From Paraspadella gotoi (taxonomy: Eukaryota; Animalia; Chaetognatha): DNA of 64,000 nucleotides. The notes under the pieces are model-generated. The model saw only the letters and a program-made list of their open reading frames with translations. It was not told the origin of the DNA and made no database searches. Location: NCBI GenBank assembly GCA_051294375.1, contig CM119266.1, forward strand, positions 25,317,731 through 25,381,730, read 5' to 3'. Within the stretch, counting starts at the first letter, position 1, and each line of letters opens with the position of its first letter. This document shows positions 37,651 to 50,883 of the stretch, piece after piece. Position numbers and translations under genes: made by a program.

Positions 37651-39784
37651 GACGGAAGGAAGTAAAAACAAAAAAACAAAAAAAAATAAAAAAACAAAAA
37701 ACTAAAGAAAATGGGCCGATCACTGCTAATTATCCAAAAAAAGTAAAAATAAATATAATATAATGGCAATAGCAAGGACATAAAGCTACGATAATCAGCC
37801 AATGCATTGCGGATGTGCGAGCCGCCGACCATGTGAAAGAGTGAGGAACCGAACTTGCGTGAGGCGATGTTCGGGCGGAACTATGTCGATAAAACGACGA
37901 AAGGCAATAAAGAAAAGTTTTCGTCCGCTGGCAAGAAAACTGACACAGGGCTCGACCGATGAGAAGTAGCCTGGCGACGAGGTAGAAGAAACGACGACGG
38001 ACGACGACGACCAAAACTAGTGCACAAATGACATCGTGCATCAAAATGACGATGGACGGAAGGCGGAAAAAAAGTTGAAAAGGCAGAACTCATCACAAAT
38101 AAGAAGAACGAAGGAGGAACGGACGACGACGACTGCACGTCTCCCCCCCCCCCCGCACCCAAACCGGGCTTCCCCCAGAGCCCTCAAACTCTTCACCAAA
38201 AGAAGTCCTCCCTCTCCCGTCTCACGCTCTCCCCCTCCCCTGCCCTCCTTTTCGTCTCGCTCTGACGTCAAGCACCCCGACGATCTCCAGGACTCTTCTC
38301 TCTACCTTTGACGAGGGAAAGATGGCGGAAAAATGGGGCAGGGTGACGAAGGTTCGCGGGTGAGAAGGTCAAAAGATTCAAAAGAGGGTCAAAAAAGGGT
38401 CATAAAGGATCAGAAGGTCAACATCGGTAGATAATTCGAGGTGTCTCTTTCCGACTTTTCAAACCTTTCGATGCGAATCACGTTCGTCGGCGACGACGAT
38501 CCAACTTGATTGAATTGACTATTTTAGAGGTTTCGAAGGAATTGATTGATTGGTATATCGTTAAAGTAAAACAGAATCATAGAATTAATGTTAATATATT
38601 TTATAAATTGATTAACGAGAAAAAAAAAGTAATTGCGGACGCGAATGGAAAGGGAAAAACCTAAGCTGCAAGAAAGCGGTTCACAACATAACAATTAAAA
38701 AACCAATAGAATAACTAATTCTAAGTTTTTTTTCCCGTTCCCATACTAAATCTCAAAGAACATATAGTTTTGATTCCAATTATAGTAGAAAACTCTAATT
38801 CTCTCATTCTCTCTCGTGCGTCTCTCTCTCCTCTCTCTCTCTCTCGTGCCTCACGCGCTGACAATGGAATAGAGTAATATCAGGGTCTTCCAAAGTCACT
38901 GATGTCCTCCGTTGGTCTAGACCGGTCCATTAAGGACGGCGGACTTGGCCTGAGCGATCGACCGAACGGTTCCATGGGAGAGTGGTCCGCGTGGTCGTTC
39001 GGGAGGAATTAGGAAGGTGGTTTAAGGGGGTTTGGTTGGGGGGAAATAGAATGGGGTGAGAGTTCCAAGGATGCGAGGACAGAAACGATCGACCGTTTGC
39101 GGTCCGCTGACTGATTCACTGAGTCAAATGGCATATTTGATGGCGCCGTTTCAGACGTTGCGTTTTTTGAGATGGCTCCGCGTCAAACGGCGCCATCTTT
39201 AATGGTTCCATCTTTCAAAAGGGCACAGACCATCTGTCTTCTTAGAATCTCAGTGTAGAAAACAGCCTGCAAGTGGGTTAATTCTTTTTTAGGCGCTGCA
39301 CAATATTTTTAATCTTCTCTGTAAGTAATGAAAATCGAGATTCGTATAACAACTATCTAAAATATTTGCTATATATTTAATCTAAACCAAGAGTAAATGA
39401 AAGTTTAATTTGTGAGAGGAGAAGCAAGTCCATGGTAGCTTTACTACAGGCGAATAATTGGAGCGACGATGAATCGCTAGCGTTCGTCTGAATGAAGCTT
39501 TCCAATTCGGATACAACAGGTTAAGTTTTTGATTAGCCGATGTAAATTTTCTCAATAGTATTTTTTTTTAAAGGTATGTCGATAAACAAATTCGAATAGC
39601 CTATTACTCTACATCCCGGTCAAACTACTGTAGTGGAGCATTCTTAGTCTAACGTCCTTATTCGGCCAAATGGTCACTCACAATCTGGGGAGTAATCGTC
39701 GAGCAGACCTAAAGACCACCTATCATCGCGGGACAAAAGGTAATGGAAGGATAAATGGTTGGTGAGCGAGGAAAGAGACGCGGA

Positions 39785-40325
39785 GGAAGGAAAGGAGAGC
39801 GATTAAAAAAGAAAAAGGGAAGAAAGGAAAAGAGAAAACGAGGGAAAGAAGAGAGTTTAAAAAGAAAAAGTGAAGGAAAAGAAGGAGAGGCGATTAAAAA
39901 AAGAAAAAGGGAGGAAAGGAAAAGAGAAAACGAGGGAAGAAGAGAAGTTTTAAAAAGAAAAGGAAGGAAAGGAAGGAGAGCGGATTATTAAAAAAGAAAA
40001 AGGGAGAAAAGGAAAAAGAAAACGAGGGAAGAAGAGAGGTTTAAAAAGAAAAGTGAAGGAAAGAAGGAGAGCGATTAAAAAAGAAAAAGGGAGGAAAGGA
40101 AAAGAGAAAACGAGGGAAGAAAGAGAGTTTAAAAAGAAAATGAAGGAAAGAAGGAGAGCGATTAAAAAAGAAAAAGGGAGGAAAGGAAAGAGAAAACGAG
40201 GGAGAAGAGAGGTTAAAAAGAAAAGTGAAGAAAAGAAGGGGAGCGATTAAAAAGAAAAAGGGAGGAAAGGAAAAGAGAAAACTATGGAAGAAGAGAGGTT
40301 AAAAAGAAAAGTGAAGGAAAGAAGA
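39785..40325 (+). repeat. ~90-bp purine-rich tandem repeat, ~6 units (mirror at ~56360-56895)
   Basis: The unit gagcgattaaaaaagaaaaagggaggaaaggaaaagagaaaacgagggaagaagagag(g)tttaaaaagaaaagtgaagg recurs at ~39797, 39888, 39977, 40069, 40157 and 40241. Confidence 0.9.
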
Positions 40326-42822
40326 ATAGAAGGCGAATCTAAAAAGTGGAGAGATGAAAAAAAATTAGTAACGGAAAAAAAAGAAAAGAAAAAAGAAAAA
40401 AAGTCAAGAATAAGAGAACTTTATCTAAAGAGCGCAATCAAAAAAAAGTGAGGGGAATAAAGGGGGAAAGACAAGTGATCAAAATTAGAAGGAAGAAAAA
40501 TAAATGAAACGCTTCGAACGAAACGAAGAAGTTAGAAAAGTTAATGGAAAAATTAAACGTTAGACACTAGACGTTCGCTTCTGTTGATTAAAGTGAGAGA
40601 TGGAACCGTAATCTTTTATAATTATCGTCAATAGACGACAAAAAACAAGAATTCCATTCTCCAGCTACAAATTACAATCACAAACAACTTGTTTATCTTT
40701 TCCTCTACTTCCGCTTCAACTTCACTCTCATATAACTGACTGGAGGTGACCGCATTGTCCATTTTTTTTAAAAGCTTTTCCTTAACGAAACTTTTTTTAG
40801 CTCAATCCGCCAGTGGTTTCGTCGAAGTTTCTCGTTGCTGGGAGACCCGTTTACCCAATCTGTCCAGGGCCAAGGACGTTGAGGGTCAAAGCAGACGACT
40901 CGCGATGGCTCATCATCATCCTCGGGTTCGATCCAAATTTCTTTTTTACGAAAAAATGTAGTCATTAGTTATTTTTATTTTGGTCTCAAAAGTCGCGTCC
41001 TGAGTCTAAGTTGTTGTCGTTGTCGTTGCGGCGATTCATCATTTTTACCATCCTCCTTTTTTCTTTCCACTTTTTATTCAATTTAAAAAGTCTTTGTGCG
41101 TGAGTGGTGGGGGAAGTTGTGGAAATTGTCCTACTCCTACCGGTTGATGGCGAGTTTCGGTGCTCTGGAGAAAAAAAGATAATAACGATGGAATAACAAA
41201 TGACACTGAACAGTCGAATTAAAAACAAGTATTTGTAAACACTAACTTAAATCATGAGATGGTCGCCAAAAGCCAGAAAAATGTAGTTTAAAAAACTTTT
41301 TCAAAAAAACCTTTTAAAAATATTATCTCGACTTCCTTTTGTTTTCTCTCAGATCGTTTTCCCCCATTTTCTTTTCTTTCTTTCTTTCTTTTTCTTTTCT
41401 CCAAACTTCTTTTTTTTTCTCTCAACGTCCTTTCTTCCCTCGTTTGTGCCTCGGTGGAGGCGAAACGAGGAAGTGGTGGGAATGAGGAGGAAGAGGGCTG
41501 AGGAGGACGAGGAGGAAGGGGGAGGAAGAGGAGAAAGAGGACGAAGAGGTGGAGGAAAATGGAGAGGAAGAGAAGAAGAAGAAAAGAAAGAAAGAGAAGA
41601 GGAAGGAAAGGGAAGGAAGATGAGGAGGAAGAGGGCAAGGAAGAGGAGGGGAGGAAGAGGAGGAGAAAAGGAGAAAGAGAAGAAGAGCAGTAAGATGGGA
41701 AGGAAAAGGAGGAAGAGGAACGAAGAGGGAAAGGAAGAGGTGAGGAAGAAAACGAAGAAAGAAACGGGAGAGAGTAAGTCAGAGGTAGAGGGAAAAAATA
41801 AGGAGATAAAAAGAATAAAAGAAGAGGAAAAGTCGAAGACGAGGACCGTACTAATCTAGGAGAGTAAGAAAAAAAAAGAAAAAAAAGAAAAAGAATTCAG
41901 AGGTGGAGAAGAAAAAAGAAAACTCTGTACAAAGAAAAAAAAGGAGAGGAGGAGGAGGAGGAGGAGGAGGATGCAGAGAAAAAACTGGCGTTTAAGGTGG
42001 GGACGTGAAAAAAAAAACCAAATGAGCTGACGATTCATACTCTTTTTTTCTACTTGCTGATCGTTAGGAGAATAGAAAACATTAAAAAATATCAAGCCGA
42101 TGTGATAAGCAGAAATTTCTTTTCCCCTAAAGTATTAGGCACCAGCGAAACAAAATATTAAAAACGATAATTCAGTTCAGTTTTCAGTTCATCCTAATCA
42201 GTTCATCCTAAGCCCCCGACTTCCAGTATCCCTACTCCGTTCCTTCAACTCCCCCCTTCCGCGTCCCTTCCGCGACCCCTTCTACACCCCCAACCAACCC
42301 CGGTTGGTCTTTCGCCTCCGGGGTCGCGTTAAAGACCGGATATCCGACTCGGACCTCTCAGCGCTCCAGACCCAAGGGAGAATTTTAGTGGCCACTTTTA
42401 ATCCTTTTCCCTGATTATTCCACCACGAGGTTTTTAAAGCCATTTTTGGGGGATTTTTTTTTTGGAACGAGGTTAAAAAATCAATTTTTGTTGACGGTTC
42501 TCTCGTATTGTATTTACAAATTACAATTGATGTAAGGAAGGCTAAAGTATGTGCGAAAGATGCAGGAATCGACCCGTGACTTCCTTCTCGAAATTCTCGT
42601 ATTCTTTCCGAGGTTCGTCGACGGACGAAGGGCAAATCGACTTTAAATGGATCGGGATCTGATTAATGGATGTAGAAGAACTGAAAGCGACAGAAATGGC
42701 GAGAAATTAAGGGGAAATAATGGAAAAATGGCGGAATTGATGGAAAATGGCTGCTAAAAAAAAAAAGAGAGAGAAAGGCTGGAATGGTAAAAGATAAAAA
42801 AATGCCCGAAGAAAGTACCAGT

Positions 42823-43140
42823 CATATCGAAAATCCTGATTTGCTACAGAGAATGAAACAAATTTGGTGATGAATCGTCAAGAGAAAACGCGAGCGAAAT
42901 GCTGATGGAGAAAAAGACGAAAAACAGTTCGAGAAGAACAAGAGATGATTAGAGACATATGGACGAAGAGGAAGATGGAGACAGAGACGATGGCAAGGCT
43001 GAGAAAAAGGATAAGGAAATGAAGAGGAAAGCAAAGGAAAAGTGGGGAAAAGAGGTTGACACCAAACAAAAAGGGGAAAAAATGATCACGTTGATGAATG
43101 GGAGAAAGGGACGGCGGCTCACGGAAGGCATCGAAGGCAG
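42823..43140 (+). CDS. Possible frameshift-corrupted exon of an acidic/charged protein (mirror ~53563-53880, minus)
   Basis: Combining both arms gives GDESSRENASEIADGEKDETVRENK…MDEEEDGDRDDGKAEKKDKEMKRKAKEKWGKEVD, ending at a possible CAG|GTATC donor. No family recognised. Confidence 0.2.
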
Positions 43141-45827
43141 GTATCCACTTGAAAGAGACGATGGGATAATCCGTTGGGGTTTTGATCAACTTGACCCACT
43201 GACTGAAGCGAAGAAGTGGGAAGTTGTGAAGGAGCAATGGTCTCATGGTGCGATGAAAAAAAAAACTGGTTGAAAACTGCTGATCGTTCTGCAACTAAAA
43301 AAAAGCTTTTCACTCTTGCGATTTGATCATCTGAGGAAATAGAAGTTATTGAGTCGAGCCGGGTCTGCCGCTCTGGCGTATGTACTATGTACTAATGTAG
43401 TATGTACGTAGAATTTTACTTGTCTCCAGTCTTGCCTTCAAGAATCGGGCAAATAAAATATGTCTGCAATTGGAATTGGCGTCGGTTTTGTCGGTTTTGT
43501 CGGCATTTCTCCGAGTGGCGCCCGCGACTGTCGAAAATGTTTATTTATTTTAAGAGCAGGAAGAAACTGGGCGTTGGCGTGAACGATAAGAAGCTGGAAC
43601 GAGGTTTGAGGGTCAAAAAATAAAACACCCAATTATGTTGAATAGTAAATAGGCCAAAATATTACCAATGTTGCACTAAATGACTTGGAAGTTAAATTTC
43701 AGGTTTTTTTTACTAAGTTACAGTGAGAGGTTTTTACCTGAAAAAAATAAGTAATGAGATGAGAGGTATGCAAAGGTATATATGTAGATGGTATGTAAAC
43801 ATAATTAACATATTAATTGAGAACATTTTTCTCAGAGCACATAAAGAAGGGAACCGCCACCATCGCTGGAAAGCGCTATGCGTTCTTTGACATCGTAATG
43901 TAAAATATTTCGAATAAATTCTTTTGATTCTAACTTTTTAAAAGTGAAAAGATGACTTTACAGTAGAGTGAGCAACTCAAGAACAAAAAAATTATTTTGA
44001 ATGATCGAAACAATGATATGTTAGATGTGAGATAGTAATGATTTAACTAGTACAAAAAATATTTTGTTCATATTAATCTCGGAACAGAATAGTAAAAATA
44101 TAATATTATTTGTAGTAATATTCCCTTATAAAATAGTAAATTTTAAAATAATTTTTATAAAACTTTTAATAAAAGATTCAGATTCTTCATAAAAAGTTGA
44201 ATCAAAAATATAAACATGTTATCAAAAATTCTATTATCTTCAATGTTTAAAATAAGAAAAAAGGTGAAAATTCCTGATTTTTTATTCTCTGTAGTAGAAA
44301 CTTATTATGTTAAAACGTTTTAGTCATTTTTTGTGACTAAAAATAAAAATATCATATAACATATTTATAAAAGTTTCTTAGTTTTTTACAACGAATCCAA
44401 ATCAAAGATTCTTTAAAATAAAAAAAATTATTTTAAAATTTGAGATTTTGAAGGATATTACTACATAAATAATTGAATTTGTATACTGTTCTGACTAAAA
44501 GAAATTTTAAAAGGATTTAAAATTTATTAATTATATGTCCATAGCAGCAAAAAAATATGTTCAATCACTCAATCCTTTCATCACTCCACCCTACTTACAG
44601 TCCTCGGTTAATCGTTCTCAGGTTGGGAATAAAAGGAAAAAGATTGGAAATATGGGTAAGGGAACTTTTCTTTTTTCCCCTTTTTTTTTAAAAAAGAGAA
44701 AAGTCATTAAAGGTTGATGATTTTGCGATGAGGGGTAGAAGGATCGAAATCCAGCCTCCGGGAGAAACGGAGTAGAGAGAAAAAGGGAAAGTAAAAAAGG
44801 AAAAGAAAATAGAAGGGGAAAAATGAAAAGGAATTGGGATTAAAATGACATGAAAAAAAAAAGGAGAAAAGGGGGGAAAAGAAAGGATTGAAACGAAATG
44901 ACGAAAAAAAAGGTAAAAGGAAAGAAAAATAATGAAAAAGAGAATAGAAAGAAGGAAAAGAGAATAGAAAGAAGGAAACGAGATAGAAAGACGGAAAGAG
45001 AACAGAAGGAAGGAAAAGAGAATAGAAGAAGGAAAAGAGAATAGAAAGAAGGAAAGAGAATAAAAAGAAGGAAAAGAGACTGCGACGAAAGGGCATGAAA
45101 AAATGAAAAGGAAAAGAGGTTGAGAGAAAATGACATGAATTCTTTTCCTTTCTTAAAAAAACAAACTACTCTCTAACAAAACAAATGGAAATGTTCTTTT
45201 CTATTCGCCTGATTTTGACAGCTAAACTTTTATTTTCATTTCGTATCAAAATTCTTATTTCAATATTTCATTTTTAAAGTTACAATTATAAGAGCCATGT
45301 CGCAGATAAAGCGGAAAAAAAAAATCAACCATCCGACAGTGTTATGCTGTGTGAGCTGATCACAGATCTTGAAGTCGTCTTACTGTCGTACAACAACAAC
45401 AACAACACCAACACCACACCAACAACAACAACAACAACAAGAACAACAACAAGCCGTCGCCACGACCCGACAGAAAAGGGGACCGAGAGCTTCACTAAAA
45501 AAAAAAGAAGACCATAAAAACGTCGCCACCTCCACTCTAGCGGTGAGAAAGAAAACTCAATCCTTTCCTTTTCTTCCTTCGGATTTTTTTTTTCTTCCTT
45601 CCTCCGCTTTCCTCCCAACCGAGTTCTTCCTTTATTTTCTTTTCTTTTTTTTTTTCCCGATTCTTCTTTTCCAACCGCGCCCCCCCTCTCATCCTAACCG
45701 CTTGTCTTTATCTGACCCGCAAAAAATATTTTTTTTTTCTTTTTCCCCCCCCCTCTCTCTTTTTTCCTTTCTTTTCTATCCCCCTCTCTCGGTATTCCGT
45801 TTCCTCTATGTGTCTCTCTCTCTCGCT

Positions 45828-45906
<79 letters not shown>

Positions 45907-47104
45907 CCACGTTCACCACACCCGGTGACCTTTTCTCCTGCCCCTCTGTCCCCCCCATCGCTCTCTGCCATCTCCTTTCAATCGTCTACTCGACATCCTA
46001 CGTGTTGCATCGATGGATGCGTTCTCCGCGCGCTTCTGCCGCCGCACGCCCGCGCCGCCTCCTCTCTGCCGCCGACACAGTCTTGAGATTTTGTTGCACA
46101 ACTTGCTGCGGCCGACGTCGGAAGTGATTTAATTCATTTGCCGATCCATTCCGCGTCGAACAAACAAGCTCTTCAAAACGACGCCCCCTCCTCTTCCACT
46201 TCCTCCTACTCCCTCGTCCTCCACTCCTCGCTAGAGTGAACGGTCATCAAAGAGATTAAGTGATTCTCTTATCTTGTTCAGTCTTCGCCAGTAATAAGCC
46301 TGAGGAGGTTTTTTTTTTCCTCCGGAACATGAATACTTTATTATGATATTATAATCATATATGTTATGCATAGTTCTGTTTCAACTTAAAAACAGTATTC
46401 CTATATAGATCTGATTCGATAAACCTTCTACCCTACACCCTATCTATCCATTCTAGTACTACTGGTAGAGTGAGATTCTCCCGCCCTTTCTCTTTGCAAA
46501 ACGTCCGCGGATGACGCAATATTTTTTTTTCACTGGCTAAAAGTTCACGTAATAAATTCTGACGGATCGGGTCACATTCAGGAGGTTATTTAATGGAAAG
46601 CCAAAAGTTTTTCTCGTCAAAAGAAGTAAGAAATACTAAACAACAAATATATAATAATAAAGAATATGACTATAAACGACAGTTTATAAAACTCACTCAA
46701 AAAAGCGACGCCCACTACCATCCAAACCGGACTGACCGACCAAAATAAAAACGTCGTCTGTTAGAGATGCAACTTGCGGCATTCAAGAAAATCTCGCTTT
46801 TAAAATTAAGTCTTCTCTCGCGTCGTGAAAATCGATTTTTCGCTTTTGACGTGAAGTTCTTTCTCTCGCGTTCCGTCTACGAGCTCGGGCGCCGCAGTCG
46901 GGTGCTGGGGGAGAGGGTCGTTTAATTTTCCGAGCGTGAAACGGGCGAGTTCAATCACAAAGGTTCAGCCTCCGTTGAAAAATTTATTTCACGTAAATTT
47001 TCAATTCGTGAACTTTAACTTTAGTATCAATAACATTTTTGAGAGTGTATATCTGTAAAAGAAGGAGTAAGCATTTTTTTTCTTAACTCGACTGACGAAT
47101 GAGA

Positions 47105-47164
47105 GCCTCCATCTCAAAGTACATCACATCAATGACTGCCTCCATCTCAAAGTACACCACATCA
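47105..47164 (+). repeat. 33-bp tandem repeat (2 units here and at ~49527-49587; 3 units at 62370-62465)
   Basis: Unit GCCTCCATCTCAAAGTACATCACATCAATGACT. Confidence 0.9.
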
Positions 47165-47414
47165 CCCGACCTGACCCGATTGATCCAACCAAACGAAAGG
47201 CGATATTTCGGAAGGGAAAACGCGCGCGTCTCTTCGTCCTTTCCGTGAGATGTTTGCGCAAATGTTTCTCTTTATTATTTTGGTTCTCTTTTAGTTAAAA
47301 TTTTTTTTTGGTCTCTTTTTTGACGTTTGTTTCAATTTTTTTAGAATCACAATTGTGATTCGACTTTTAAAGCGAGGCAGGTTAATTGGGAAGGGAAGAA
47401 TCTAGCGCGACAGT

Positions 47415-47431
47415 GAGAGAGAGAGATGAGA

Positions 47432-47509
<78 letters not shown>

Positions 47510-47525
47510 AGAAAGAGAGAGAAAG

Positions 47526-47583
<58 letters not shown>

Positions 47584-47591
47584 GAGAAAGA

Positions 47592-47640
<49 letters not shown>

Positions 47641-47711
47641 CAGAGAGCAGAGAAGAGAGAGGAGAGAGAGGAAATGAAGACAGAGAGGAGAGAGAGAGAG
47701 AGAGAGAGAGA
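47415..47711. repeat. Long imperfect (GA)n tract (~300 bp), mirrored as (CT)n at 49004-49278
   Basis: Directly visible. Further long tracts occur at 45833-45903, 50806-50895 and 63674-63766. Confidence 0.92.
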
Positions 47712-48330
47712 GTTCAGTTTTCCGCTCTCTTTCACAATCTAGGGGAAAAGCGACTCCGTTTTGCTTCGATGACGCCGAGTAAGACGACGACCAACGACGA
47801 CGACGACGAAAACGACGTAATGACGAAGACGACGACAAAACCTTAACGACGTCAGGTTGGAAGTTTTTTTTGAATATCATTGAAAAGAAAAGAATGATAA
47901 AGTTTACTCGTTCTTTCAATGGCTTTTTGCAATGGTCGTTTACTTTGGCGATTTTTCCCCAAGTTTTTCTCTGTTGTTTTTATTTCCTCCCTTATTATTT
48001 TCCCACGTTTAAAAATGATTTCTGACAATAAAATATAATGGATCTATTGTTTCCGCTGATGATCCTGGTTTTTGGCTGTCGTTTGTCTTAACCTAATTCA
48101 TGATTTTCTTTTTTGGGGGACTTTCGATCTTCTCTCTCTCTCTCTCTCTCTTCTCTTCTCTCTCTCCTCTCTCTCTCTTCTCTCTCTCTCTCTCTCTCTC
48201 TCCTTCTCTCTTCTCCTCTCTTCTCTCTCTCTCTCTCTCTCTCTCTTCCCTTCCTCCCCTTCATATCGCCTTCGTTTATTAGTCGTATGGCGCCCTCATC
48301 CGCCTCGTCCTTTCTCTCGCTTTTTTCTTT

Positions 48331-49052
48331 GTTAAGACAAACGACAGCCAATAACCAGGATCATCAGCGAAACAATAGATCCATTATATTTTATTGTCAG
48401 AAATCATTTTTAACGTGGGAAAATAATAAGGGAGGAAATAAAAACAAAGAGAAAAACTTGGGGGAAAAATCGCCAAAGTAAACGACCATTGCAAAAAGCC
48501 ATTGAAAGAACGAGTAAAACTTTATCATTCTTTTCTTTTCAATGAATATTCAAAAAAAACTTCCAACCTGACGTCGTTAAGGTTTTGTCGTCGTCTTCGT
48601 CATTATCGTCGTTTTCGTCGTCGTCGTCGTCGTCGTCGTCTTACTCGGCGTCATCGAAGCAAAACGGAAGTCGCTTTTCCCCTCAGATTGTGAAAGAGAG
48701 CGGAAAACTGAAACTCTCTCTCTCTCTCTCTCTCTCTTCTTCCGCTTGTGCCCAATTAATCCTCGCCTCGCTTTAAAAAAATCAGAAAATGTCGAATCAN
48801 NNNNNNNNNNNNNNNNNNNNNNNNNNNNNNNNNNNNNNNNNNNNNNNNNNNNNNNNNNNNNNNNNNNNNNNNNNNNNNNNNNNNNNNNNNNNNNNNNNNN
48901 NNNNNNNNNNNNNNNNNNNNNNNNNNNNNNNNNNNNNNNNNNNNNNNNNNNNNNNNNNNNNNNNNNNNNNNNNNNNNNNNNNNNNNNNNNNNNNNNNNNN
49001 NNNTCCTCTCTGTCTTCATTTCCTCTCTCTCCTCTCTCTTCTCTGCTCTCTG

Positions 49053-49101
<49 letters not shown>

Positions 49102-49109
49102 TCTTTCTC

Positions 49110-49167
<58 letters not shown>

Positions 49168-49183
49168 CTTTCTCTCTCTTTCT

Positions 49184-49214
<31 letters not shown>

Positions 49215-49226
49215 TTTCTCTCTCTC

Positions 49227-49277
<51 letters not shown>

Positions 49278-50802
49278 ACTTGTCGCGCCTAATTCTTCCC
49301 TTCCCAATTAACCTGCCTCGCTTTTAAAAGTCGAATCACAATTGTGATTCTAAAAAATTGAAACAAACGTCAAAAAAGAGACCCAAAAAAAAATTTTAAC
49401 TAAAGAGAACCAAAATAATAAAGAGGAACATTTGCGCCATCTCACGGAAACGGACGAAGAGACGCGCGCGTTTTCCCTTCCGAAATATCGCCTTCGTTTG
49501 GTTGGATCAATCGGGTCAGGTCGGGGTGATGTGGTTGTACTTTGAGATGGAGGCAGTCATTGATGTGATGTACTTTGAGATGGAGGCTCTCATTCGTCAG
49601 TCGAGTTAAGAAAAAAAATGCTTACTCCTTCTTTACAGACCTATACACTCTCAAAAATGTTTACTTGATACTAAAGTTAAAGTTCACGAACTTGAAAATT
49701 TCGTGAAATAAATTTTCAACGAGGCTGAACCTTTGTGATTGAACTCGGCCCGTTTCACGCTCGGAAAATTAAACGACCCTCTCCCCCAGCACCCGACCTG
49801 CGGCGCCGAGCTCGTAGACGGAACGCGAGAGAAAGAACTTCACGTCAAAAGGCGAAAAATCGATTTTCACGACGCGAGAGAAGATTAAATTTTAAAAGCG
49901 AGGATTTTCTTGAATGCCGCAAGTTGCCATCTCTAACAGAGACGTTTTTATTTTTTGGTCGGTCAGTCGGTTTGGATGGTAGTGGGCGTCGCTTTTTTGA
50001 GTGAGTTTATAAACTGTCGTTTATAGTCATATTCTTTATTATTATATATTTGTTGTTTAGTATTTCTTACTTCTTTTGACGAGAAAACTTTTGGCTTTCA
50101 TTAAATAACCTCTCTGAATGTGACCCGATCCGTCAGAATTTATTACGTGAACTTTTAGCCAGTGAAAAAAAATATTGCGTCATCCGCGGACGTTTTGCAA
50201 AGAGGAAAAGGGCGGGAGAATCTCACGCTACCAGTAGTACTAGAATAGATAGATAGGGTGTAGGGTAGAAGGTTTATCCGATATCAGATATAATATAGGA
50301 ATACTGTTTTTAAGTTGAAACAGAACTATGCATAAATATATGATTATAATATCATAATAAAGTATTCATGTTCCGGAGAAAAAAAAAAAACCTCCTTCAG
50401 CTTATTTACTGCGAAGACTGAACAAGATAATGAGAATCACTTAATCTCTTGATGACCGTTCACTCTAGCGAGGAGTGGAGGACGAGGGAGTAGGAGGAAG
50501 GGAAGAGGAGGGGGCGTCGTTTTGAAGAGCTTGTTTGTTCGACGCGGAATGGATCGGCCAAATGAATACATAAATCACTTCCGACGTCGGCCGCAGCAAG
50601 TTGTGCAACAAATCTCAGACTGTGTCGGCGGCAGAGAGAGGCGGCGCGGCGATGCGGCGGCAGAAGCGCCGGCGGGAGACGCATCCATTTCGATGGCAAC
50701 ACCGTAGGATGTCGAGTAGACGATTGAAAGGAGATGGCAGAGAGGGCGGAGTGGGGGGGACAGAGGGGCAGGAGAAAGGTCACCGGAGTGTGGTGAACGT
50801 GG

Positions 50803-50883
<81 letters not shown>

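Larger units (their letters stand above)
34403..48092 (+). repeat. Left arm of giant inverted repeat (~13.7 kb)
   Basis: Mirror ORFs have a constant coordinate sum of 96589 in the outer part (34765+61824, 36426+60163, 37593+58996). Colinear indel-divergent similarity continues to ...gtttgtcttaac at 48092. Confidence 0.97.

Noticed and set aside
40768-40965. Protein-like ORF IWIEPEDDDEPSRVVCFDPQRPWPWTDW
   Set aside because: The frame is not preserved in the mirror copy (~55755-55840) and no family was recognised.
48093-48330. PacBio SMRTbell adapter at the palindrome centre
   Set aside because: The spacer is 238 bp of genomic-looking CT-rich sequence with no recognisable adapter core (TTTTCCTCCTCCTCCGTTGTTGTTGTT). 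A simple missed adapter is not supported.
47347-49327. Long ORFs rich in LS, RE or F repeats (here and throughout the window)
   Set aside because: They are translations of (CT)n/(GA)n microsatellites, pyrimidine tracts or N gaps, not credible proteins.
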